DNA from: Paraspadella gotoi
Lineage: Eukaryota > Animalia > Chaetognatha
Direction: 5' to 3'
NCBI GenBank assembly: GCA_051294375.1
Contig: CM119264.1
Location: forward strand, 22,655,826-22,719,825
DNA: 64,000 nt
A program made the translations under genes and the position numbers. This document shows, piece after piece, positions 36,701 through 48,700 of the stretch. Positions within the stretch are counted from its first letter, which is position 1; the number at the start of each line of letters is the position of its first letter. Under the pieces are notes generated by a model, which ran no database searches, was not told the origin of the DNA, and worked only from the letters and a program-made list of their open reading frames with translations.

Positions 36701-39700
36701 AGACAAAAATTTCTCACTTAAGACTACAATGATGCTGGGGATTAAAATGCTTCATTGCTTGGAGCAGGTAAAGAAAATTAAAACCGTTCACCCCTGGTTT
36801 TTCATCATACAACTCCAAAGGTACACGCAGCTAACATCCTGCACTGCGATCTCAGACCGGAAAACTTTCTGACCGGTAGAAGAAGTAGAAATCGAAGTGA
36901 CAAAATTTATATTGTTGATTTCGGATTGGCTAAGGTACACTTGCAGAAAACACAAATCTCCTTAAAACGAAACAGTTTGGAGCTTTTATAAAATCTAATA
37001 ATTGAAATATTCAGTCATATCGACGTTTTGGCGGTGGACACATCAAAGAAAGCGACCGACCGCATTCAGTACGAGGAACCGTGAGATACATTAGCATTAA
37101 CACCCATCGAAGATTGGCCACCAGCAGAAGAGACGAATTAGAATCATTAGGTCAGTGGCGAACTCATAGGCGGCAGCTAGAAGCCGTTATTTACCTGTAA
37201 TTTTTCAGGTTACGTCCTGCTTTACTTTCTGCATCGAGCCCGTCTTCCATGGCAAGGACTAGGTATGACTTACAAAATAGTCAGAATACTTCTTTGCTAT
37301 ATCCTTCCGGGTTAAATTTTTGAGACCACCAAAAGACAAATTGGGACTTGAAGTTGTTCAGAAATTAGCATTTCTATTTCCGGAAGGTTTGGGAAAGCCT
37401 CATCACAAATCCCATCATGAAAGACATGAAAATCAACGCGGTACTCGAAATGAAGTTTTTGCCAAATTAAAGGAAGAGCAAGCGTTCGAACTGTGCAGAG
37501 GTTAGTTCAAATATCTTTTAAAAATTAATTACGTCAATTTCATACGTTTAGATAAGACTTAAATATTTTTTCTTTGACGGATTAGATTATCCTCCATGCT
37601 TTCGAAAACTATTCTTGACGGCAAAAAGATTGAGCTTCGAGGAGGAACCCAATTATCACTCCCTTCGGGCCAACTTCTATCATGATTTTAAAGAGTTGGG
37701 TTGGGACGTCGACTATCAGTTCGACTGGATGATGCGGGGCGAATGACAAAATAAAGATTTACAGCAACGTGATTACTTTAAAAAACTATTTGAAAATTAA
37801 AAATAACTATACGTATTTACAAATTATTGAACAAATTTTAAAATACATTAAATTTCGCATTTGATTGCTACCAACAACTGGTCGAACTTATTATCAATGG
37901 CCAAGCATCCTCAATTTAAACTAACAGTCCCCGTGAGATCAAACCTGTAAACGTTGAGTATCTCCTCTTTGGCCATCGTGAAGAGCAGGTTGGCGAAAGC
38001 GTCGTTGGAGGCTTGAGCTTCTTCGTCGCTGCTCTTGGGGTAATGAGTAGAATTTGAGATTCGTCCGGAAGCAAAGAGAGGATTGAAATCGAGTGGGGCC
38101 TGAAGTTCCTTTCCCGACCGATGCTGATCGTAGAGAATATCAACCTGTTTGCGAAAAAGAGGAAATAGAAAAGTTAAAAAAAAAAAGGTCACGTGAAATT
38201 TTTTGCCTTCTCATTTTGTTTACCGCCTCGTCGACGATCAGCGAAACCCTTTCTTTATCGTTGGGAACAACGGAAAAGTTTTTCTTTGACTCTTCTTGTC
38301 TCTGGTTGAGAAGTTGGGACATCAACCGCTCCGGCGTCGAGGGCGGTCCCTGGTTTTAAGGGAAAATAATTTTGAAAAAATCTTAAAAGCATAAGGTTCG
38401 TCGCAATCACAAAAAAACAAATCTGAACCCATGACAAACTTTGATAATAAAAAAAAAAATTTGATAAACTTGGCTTAATACATAAAAAAAAACTGGCTTA
38501 GAAGTAAACAAGTTTGAGCAAACAAAGCCGGATCTGCCTACGATCATTAGCAGTAAGCAGCTGATCAGATAATTAATTAATTAATATTATTTTTTTTTAT
38601 TCGTGTCAAAATCGTTTTCCACTTTGTCTCGCCTCTCAATTACAAAACAACAAACTCGATCATAAAATTATATAATTAATTACAAATAATTAATTAATTA
38701 CTTATTTATTAATAATTTATTAATGCAGCTTGAATTTACATTTAATATAAAAATAAAAAAGCATAATCAAATAGTGAAATAGATTGTTTGTTTTTTCCAT
38801 TTTAACTCATTTCCACTTGGACGATTCCATCGAAACTTTATATCCTGCTCAATCACACTTTCCATTTTTAACGTAAATGGGACAGACTGATGGACAGACC
38901 TACCGAACGACCGACGGACAGACCCACAGAAAAACGAGTTGCGATGTATGTTGAATGAAAGTAATAGAAATTAAAAAAAGTAAAAAAGCTAAAAGATAAT
39001 AAAAATATGAAAAAAAACTACAAAATAAAAAATAGAATGAAAAAAAAGAAGAAATAAATAGAAATGATAAACTAAATTTTAAAAATCTTAAAAAATAATA
39101 ATGCTCTCCCACACATAAGAAAGAACGAATGAAATAACAAAAACTAGAGAACAAAAAGGAAACCATAAGAAACGTAAGAAAGCTGAGAGAGAAAATGGGT
39201 ACAAAAAATAAAATGAATGACTAAAAATAAATTAAATGAATTGAATGAAATGAATAAAATAAATTTAATGAATAGATGAAATTTAAATTTAATTTAAATA
39301 TATAAAAGAATAATAATAAATAAATTATATTGAATAAATAAATTTAAAAGTATAAACTGAATTAATTAAATTGATTGAATTTAATTAATTTAATTAAAAA
39401 AAAATTAATGAATAATTATGTGAGATAAAGAGATACAAAAAAAGAAAAGGTAAAAAATGGTAAAATGATAACATCACGAGTTTGAAGTAGGGTTAGCCGC
39501 ACTCAATGAGGCGAGTACAGGCTCAAACGAAAATTTTTACATTTTTAAGTATACTTTCTATGGACAAAAAATTTCTTATATGGCTTTATACCCTAATAAT
39601 TAATTTTTTAATATCTATCGATGGGAAAGAACAATTTTTTTTGAAAATTTTAAATTTTATGACCAGATTCAGATAGCTCATAAAAAGTTGTCAGCACAAA

Positions 39701-42700
39701 GTATAATTCTTTTTTAACTTCTTAACTTTCTTTATTATAACTTTTGGAAATTTTAATGATTTATTTATGAAAATTAACAAAAACTATAACTAATGAATGA
39801 TGATGATGATTTTTTAAGTTTTTTTCAAATTTTAGTCCATTTATCATTAAAATTTTTGAAATTTGAAGTAATAACGTTTATCTAACTTTTTAATCTTTAT
39901 CAGAATTCATTTTTAAAAATTTAAATTTCTTAAAAATTTTTTAAGCATTTCGTGAGGATAAAAATCATTTCGCTCACTTCGGGAACAATCTTCTGAATGT
40001 GAGACGATCCCGGATATGGTGGAGGAGGTCGCTGAGGAATTAAAGGAAAGGCGTAGTCATCGTCGAACCAGTCTTGATCTCCGGTGTTACTGATCATTTC
40101 CAAAAGATGAGAGTCCAAATCCTTCGACGATTGAAATCCGTCGTCGTCCTCATCGCCCGCGGTGTCTGTTTCGGGCGAAAGCAACTCCGGGGATTTCCCC
40201 GAAAGCGGCGGAAAGCTGCTCGTCGATTTGATGGGCGAATCCGGGGAAGGAGGGGCAGCGACGTCAGATAAGAATGGGTCGGCGCCTTTGGTTGGTGTCG
40301 TCGCCGGTCGGGTAATTACGGAACGAATTCGACGCGAGTCTTCGGGGGTAGCGTCGGAATCAAGGGAGCTTTCGTCGTTTTCGTCAGAAGGCTCTTTGGT
40401 GGGCGAAACGGCTTCGGTCGTGGTCGCGGCGAGAGTCGATTCAATTGGCGAAACTTCGACAATCGGCGTATCCAGCTTCTGTTCCGGAGTCGACATCTTC
40501 AAGATTCTTTCCCGCTTCCGACGGTGAATCTCCGACATTTGATCCACGACGCCGCTGACAAGAGTCTCAAACATGGCGGCGCAGACGGCGTCCAGTTGCG
40601 TCTTCGATGGTTTTTTTCTGAAGAAAGGGAAAGTCAAAAAAGAATTTTACCAATGGAATCGTCAAAAATCGATAAGTGTTCGTTCTTACTTCTTAGAAGG
40701 CTCCGCCTCTGGGGAAGGCATTCTATTAGCGTCGTTGACGAGCGCATCTATCAATGGAGTCTCCGACCTGCGGCTCTTGATCCTATTTTTGACAGTTTCG
40801 TTCTCATTTTCCTTGTTCTCGTCCCCGCTCTCGTTGCTAAATCTGTCTGCTTGGGTGGTCAGCTCGCTGACGTCCTCTTCCGTTTCGCTCGTGGCGCTAG
40901 TCCGACGTCGCCGCTCGTTCTCCCGATTCTTTCGCTCCTCGAACTCTTTCGGGTTCGAGAGAGAACCAGACCCGTCGAAAGCCTCGTCGCCGTAGAGATC
41001 GTCGACTCCGGCGTCGCCGCTCTCGACAAGGGGTTGTTGTTTCGCCGCCGTCGAGGACTCGGCCCTTTGTTTGGAGAAGGTTTTCTTCGAATCCGAAGGA
41101 CGAGATCGGGTCGAAATTTGGTTCACCTCGAGGGAGGCTAAGACGGATGGCTTTTCCGACTTGGAGACGGAAATGTCACCGACTACATAGAATAAAAAAT
41201 TTCCTTGGATAGAAAAAGAATAGTGGAGAAACGATAAAGCTAATTTCGCACTGACCATCAGCAGAAGGGGGCCTTCGAGAAGGAGTCTCGACGTTCTCTT
41301 TGACGTCGTCAAATTCGACCTCCTCTTCCTCACCAAGGCCATCCGCGGAGGCGAGCTTTAACTTTCCGGCAAGGTCCGCGCAGAGGGATCCTTTAAAAAA
41401 TAATCAACTATTAGTGAGGCTAATTTGCAATCAAGGCCAATCGGAGTTTATCCTACCAAGCGAACTGTTTGATTCTTCTAGATAGGATCCCGGAGATGGT
41501 TTACCCGCGTCGCCTTGAGGAGTCGCATCTATCAAATTGAAGTTTTCCGATTATATAAACAATCCAAAATATTTCTCCAAATAAAATTCCGACCTTTTCC
41601 CATCATCGGTGAATCGATGACGTCGGGAACGTCACGGAAATCGCCGAAACCTCCCACTTTGGAAAATGGGGTTCCTCGATGGGAAACAGATTTGATTTCT
41701 TCCCCTTTTCCCTTTTCTTCGCCGGCACCAGAGAGAACCAAGAATCTCGGCGACGAGTTATCCTCTTCCGCCGATGCCTCCGCATCCTCCTCCACTTCTG
41801 ATTCGCTGAGCACAGAGTGGTCGAGCTTGTAGGTGTCGCTCACTGACGATTTTCGGCTCAAAATCGGGGATTCTACGACAAACATGTTTCTTGTTTAATT
41901 TTTAACGTAAAGAAAGCAACTTCAATTCAGTCATTTAACTAAAACTAGTAAAAGAATGATTCCTCTACGCATCATTTCCGAAAGACACGGTGTGTACGGA
42001 AGTGTTCCAAATCACAGCTCCTTAAAAGGAAATTAACCTGCGCGTCCTCGCGGACTCCGGTCGCCAGAGAAGGCCTTGATATTGATTGAGTCAGACACTC
42101 GACTCAAGATCCTTTCCTTTTGGGAGGCGATGGAATCATCTCCCTTAGAAGAAGCATCAGCCTTCGACAGAGATTCCAATTTTTTCTCTTCCACTTCATC
42201 TTTCTCCATCGACGCCTCAACGTCGACAGCGACGCTCGCTTCCTCCTCTGCCGTGCCCTTGAGGTCGAAGAGCGGCGCCGACGACGAATCTTCCCGAGGC
42301 ATCTCGGATTTTGAGAGTGTGGCGTCCGAGGTTGGTTCAAAAACGTCTTCGGTGGCTTCGACAAGCTCTTCCGCTTTTGAGGCCTAAGGAAATGAAATGT
42401 AAAAGCAGTCGGCAAGTCTTCTCATTGCTCAAAACACTAAGCGTCAGTACCAGGAATAACAGTTATTACCTTAGTGGAGCCGTCTTCCTTCTGCGGTTTG
42501 TGTTCCTGTTCATGGTGCGGCGGAACAGGAGACGAAACAGAAGCTTTGGGAGATCGAATTTGGGGTTGTTGCTGTGAAGCAATGTATAATTAAAAAAAAA
42601 ATGAAAAGATAATTTTGAAAGTTTTTTTTTTTTTTTACATGTTTTTCCAAATCTGCAGCGGCGACGGCGCCCTTATCGCTGGGCGATACGTGGCCGATGG

Positions 42701-45700
42701 ACGGAGTCGAGACCAATATGGGCTTGGGAGTGTGAAACGGACTGATGCCCTCGTCGGCGGAGGTGGAGGACTCTCGTTCCTGTTGCAACGATTTGTACTG
42801 CTCTTCCATCTGAGAAATTTGTTCACGCAGCTTGGCTTCTTGCCGCCGCAAACGATCGTGCTTCTTTTTCTTCTTCTCCGCCGAGAGTAAGGCCACTTGT
42901 CGTCGTTTTTCCATGAGCTGTTGCTGAAGAACTGAGAACAGAACTGAGATATTGAGTTTCGCTTTCTAATTTCACCGCCAATATTGTCAGTCTCACCGAC
43001 AATCCTGCTCTCGACGTCGCTTTCGACGTCGGAAGCCTCGTATGCAGTCGACCTCGATCTCGAGGGAGGCCTTTCCACCGCTACGCTTTTATTTTCTGAC
43101 TTTGCGTCATCTTCGTCCGCAGAAATGATTTCATTTGGCCCCACCGATGGGGCCACAGATTGAGCTATAGGCGGCGTTACGGACCTTGCAGCCGACGGAG
43201 CTGCTGACAGCTCCATGGACGGTGCAACAGACTCCGCGACAGACAGAACCGCCGACGGTGGAGCGCTCGCTTCAGAAATTCTAGCGGAGACATCTTTGCT
43301 GTCTTCCTGTACGGCTGATATCTGATGGTTAAGAAATTTAACTCAGTTGACATAGCAAATATTAATTCACGAGATTATTAGTTTTTAGCAAATTACCTCG
43401 AAAGATTCGCTGTATTTGTCCGCAGAGGGTTTGGAGCTCTCCAGTGTCTTATCCCCCTTTAAAGGACTGAAGATTGAGTGCGAAAAAGAGGGTTCTTCGG
43501 TGGCAACGCTCTTCTCCAGAGACGTTGGCAACTAAGAAAGAAAACGAAATCGTTGAAGCCAGAAAGGCCTTCTGAGAGCACGCAGGAAAGCTGAACGAAC
43601 CTCCTCCTGCACTTCTATGGAGGAAGGCTTGGCGTCAGAATCCTCATCGTCGAAGGTCAACCGCTTCTTGGGAGCAGCCGAAGTCGCGTGAGATGACGGC
43701 GAGACCGACGACGAAGGCACCACTTCGGGTACCTCTTCGCTCACTGAATCGTCCGAGGGCCCCGACTGTTTAACAGATTTGAACAGTTAAGCAATTATGT
43801 AAAACCTTTTCTCATTTGGGGCTTACTCTTTTAACGACGGACTTCTTTTCCACCGTCTTTCGGGCACTGGAGGCGAAAGAAGGCGACGAAGGCGACGGGG
43901 TTCGCGGCGGGCGGAGTTTCGGTGAGGCGGGAGCGGAGACGGGGGAAGCGGGAGAAGAAGTTGGTTTGATGGCAGCCGAGGGTTTGGAAGGCGAGATGGA
44001 CGGTTTGGCAACTCCCTTAACTTTGGGTTCTTGAGAGGATTCGATACCTACATCCTGGATGGACAGAGATTTTTGGCTATAGAATAATTTCTTATGGAGA
44101 ATACCATTCATTGTTTGTGACTAATTAAAATCTTTTCCATAACATATCAGTCACTGGACCGTTTGACCGCACTCACCAATTCCGCGCCCTTCTCCTTGAG
44201 CTGGGCGACAAGTTCTTTTTCTTCTTTTCGGATGAGCGCTTCTTCCTCGTCGAGGCGCTGACTCCACGTTAAGCGCCGCTTTAACTTTTCGACGTCGCGC
44301 TTCCTCTTTTCCAACCTCACCTAAAGCCAGATCATAGATAGAGCGATACGTACATAACATTTTACAACGACGTCGAATAAAAGACTTCTGCTTTTACAGA
44401 AGAAAAAATTAACCTGTCTCGCCTCGAGTTCTTTCTCGCCGTCGACGTCGCCTCCAATCTTATCGCGTGAAGATTCAAAGGCCTTCTTGATAGAGGTGGC
44501 GAGAGAATGAGAATCTTCCGTTTTTTCTAATACATACCGAAGAAGATTCAGCATAATTTGTAACATTTGTATTCATAGTCATAGAAATATCTAAAAATTT
44601 ATAAAAAAAAATTATTTCGAAAATACATTTCTTACTTGGTTTCTGTCCGGAAGATGCCGGAGATTTAACCATAGTTTGTTCGGCGCTCGCGGGAAGGCTG
44701 GAGGGCGGGGCAACGCCAAGAGGACGCCCTTGCTCTGCCACGCCTACGTTGACCAGCGACTCGAGCGAGGATCTTCGGCGCGATGATGAACCCTTCATCT
44801 TCTCCATCCGTTTCTTCAACATCTGCTCGAGAAAATAGAATGGTAGACGGGGATTTCAAGATAAAAGAGTCGGTGAAAAAATCCCGTCTAACCTGGGTGG
44901 AAGACCGCATTCTAGATATTTCCTGTTGGTGCATCATAAGAAACCGCTGACGCTGCAAATGTTCAACTTCGAGCTTTTCTTTCTGCTGACGCAACTCCGC
45001 CTCGGCGTGCTCCTTTCTCTTGAGCAAAGCCATTTGTTTCTTTTTCAGCTTCGGCATAAGCTCGTCTACCTCGCCTACGTAATGAATTCCCATCATGTCA
45101 TTGAGCACATTGAACAATGAAAACAAGGCGCATCAAACCTTTCTTGCCCTTCTTCTGTGCGTTGACTTTTTGTAGTTCTATCCATTCAAGTTGCGCTTGC
45201 ATTTTCTCCTTGAGAGCATTTTCTCGTAACCGGATAATCGCCGCTTCGTGCTCCATCCTCACTCGTTCGTCGCACATATACTTGTGAACGATTTCGTGGG
45301 TGAATTTGCTGGAATTTTAAAGTGAATAGGAGATAGAAGAGAATCATATTTTCTCGCATCTCGGTTTTTGTTCGAACCTGAACGAGTCTTCCATCCCCGC
45401 GGGTAAGTGACCGGCGTTGCCACCAAGAGAGTAACGAGATTCGCGATGGACGCCGACGCCGCCGATTGAAGCGCGCCGCGTCTCCGCGTCAGACGCGTGA
45501 TTCGACGGTAACGCGGCGCTGCTTGCATCTCCAACCGTCGATGCCGGACTGCCCTCTCGAGAACTTCGGCGTGAGAGGGCGCTGGCGGCTGAAAAAAGGG
45601 TAATTATACGTAGGACAAAACTTTATTGCTAATGTCCCGCAGATGGATTTTAACACACTGAAATAATACTAACTACATGATCGAATTCTCCGCAAAACCA

Positions 45701-48700
45701 ATTCAATTCTAAACCTGCGTTAAAAAACACGAGAGGCATTTATCTCCAGGGGTTTGGGGCGAAGAAGCACGGAAAGAGAGAAAGAGATCGAGCATGAGGG
45801 AAAGAGATAAAAATTAAATGAGATCTTCTCCTACTCAAATCCTAGAACATTTTCTTTCAAAATTCAACTTGCTGGAAGCAAAAGCGCAACGAGTTCAAAT
45901 GGTTTAAATTTGCTTTTAGTGAGGCTCAAAAACTTTTTTTCTCTCAAGCACGGATCGTTAATACGGCGTGGGATAGAAACACGATCAACATCGCAAAGAG
46001 GTGATCCTCATTCCCGGCAAACATTTTTTTCCGCATTTCAGAAATCCTTCGATTTCCAACTGTAATGTAAAATATGCCGGCAAGAAAAAAAGTAAGTTTA
46101 CAAAGCAAATTTTTTAAACAAACTATACAGTACACAGCAGCGCTATTGACACGAAAAACGCCTTCTTTCAGAAATCTTCAACAACGGAAAAGGTGGAACC
46201 GTCTATTCAAAAAGCTAACAACGGATTAGTAGATGGCGTATATTATCTGACGAACGAGGAAATCGAAAATATAAAAAAAGGTTGCAACACGGTACTTTTA
46301 AAACCAAATACCTGACTTCTTTAATTTACTATCTTGCCAGCAAGCGCTTACCGATGGCGACGCGAGGGTTACGTCAATCTGCGAGGCGGCTTAGATCCTG
46401 TTTCCGGGGAAATCAATTCGCAAGTACTACAAGGAGAACTTATTACCAAAATCGTAGTCGCGCTGACTGCGGAAAACGCGGCGGAAATACAACACATCGA
46501 CATTTCTCATAATCCGGAGGTAAGTAACGGCAAATCAGGGAGACTGGAGAAGTAACCATAACAGCAAAACTCAAAATTTAACCTTTGTTAACAGTTAGAA
46601 GCAATAGAACCGACGGAAGAGCTGAAAAAACTGACGAATTTAAAATTCTTGGAATTCAAATATTCAAAGCGAACTGAAATACCAAATTGGATTCAACATC
46701 TTCCGGGTTAACTGCACAAAATTTTTTAAAGTTTTTTATAACAAGAATATTTGAAAAATAAATATTTGTTTTATTTTTTAGCCATAGAAACCGTACTGAT
46801 GGGCGTCAACGATATAAAAATTCTACCATCATGGCTGACAGAAAAGACTGGAATGAAGGTTAACAATTTAAATATTAATAAATATGTTCTGCGGATACTC
46901 ATACTTTAGATATATACTGTTTTATATTTTTACAATTAAGGTCATCAGTCTTTTTATGAATCAATTAGAAGAGATAGAATCGTACGGGCAAGTGGAAGAG
47001 TTAAACATTGCCTCTAACAGGCAAGTATACGAGAAGAATTTGCACTGGCAAAGTCATTATTTTTGAGTCGCTCCCAACTCATTTCGCAAAGAGGGTGGAA
47101 TTATACAATACACACCGTATGTATAATATCTATGTATATATTATACCAAGGACGCTACGCCAACTCCCAAATATGACTACGAAATCAAAGCTGAAAGATT
47201 TAGAAGCTGAAAGATGCGATCTCCATAAACTTCCCGACAACCTTTTCGAGGTACAAACCACACAAGTATTAGCGTTACTTTCGCCGCTTTGATTCTTACT
47301 TTTTACGCTAAGGCCGACCTCATCAAATGCGTGGTAAATCACAACCAAAACCTCGGCGCATCGACCCTTCCGTTGCCGGCGCGCGAAAGTCATCTTAGAC
47401 TCTTTAGCGCAACCTTCTGCGGTTTCGTCGAGATACCTCCTGGCTTGATCAGGCCAGATATCTTTGTAAAAATTTGACTGGATCGAAAATGCAACTATTT
47501 CAGCCCGTATTTAAATTTTGTTTCCTGCATGTTTTGTATGCCCTTCGCTACTTCTGGTCTGAGCTCGAAGACCGACAGACTTGGTAAATATAACAAAAAT
47601 TCGTTCATGCGATATTCTCACACTGTAGTTTTATCTGTCTCAATGTGTAGCACCAGAACTCCCATTTGAAATGAACCACAAGTTACTCCGCTACGAATGT
47701 GGAATCTCAAGCAAAAAGCGCAATCGCAGGCGGGAAAGAGAAAAAAATACCTTATCATGAGCCATGTAATTTCTTTACTCACACGACGCGGATCTGTGTC
47801 TTCTCCGATGACTTTCCGACGGCAGAAGCGCGCGAAAGGACCTGTCCTCCTTCTCCTGCTCGGTCATCGAAGGATCGTCGAAGTCAGTTCGGTAGGACAT
47901 GTCGAAAGTCACTTCAGAGCCGATGGAGAGATCTCCCATAGTTGTCTCAGCCATAGATGCGATCGAAGATTCCAAGGAATCGCGGCGGTTTGGCCCTGGA
48001 AAAGATTGGGAAAAGGTGCTGGTCTATGTGTATTGTAATAAACGTTCTTTTCACTCTTCTGTTCTTTGTTTATCTCTTTCTCAATTAAGGATACATTTTT
48101 ATTTCAAGTCATGTTTTTACCGTGACCTCCTTCGGGGACGCTAAAGCTCGCGTTGGGCTTCAAAGGCTCCTCGCGAGAAGCGACCAGCACAGGGCGGTTA
48201 TCGAGTTTTCCAGACTCAGGAGCGTCTATTCGTGCGCGGGCTGTCGTCCCAACGTCAGAGGCGCTTTTGGATTTTGTCATCAAATTAGGTCGCGAGCTGA
48301 CAAAATTTTTTTTGGCTTTTTTAAGAGGCAAAAATAGCTGATTCGATTTTAGAAAAGCATACTTACACATAGATTGGCTTATTATTCTACGATAAAACGA
48401 TAACAAGCACAGAATAACAATTGTGTTCCTTACCCTTGTTTGTCGCCAGTTGAAGAAGCTAAAGCAGCGGGTTTCGAGGAACGATGATGAGAACGGGACG
48501 GAACCGAAACAGAAGTCGCCGGCTTGAATCGTAAATAATATGGTAAATCTCAATATGCTTGCATACTTGCATTAAATATATTACGTGGACCTGGCATTGT
48601 TAGTTTGTTGCATCAAACGGCGTTTTTTACCTGAGGCGCTTTAAACACGTCCGCGTCGCCAACGGCCATCGCAGATTGGCGTCGTCGTTCCTGATCCCGC

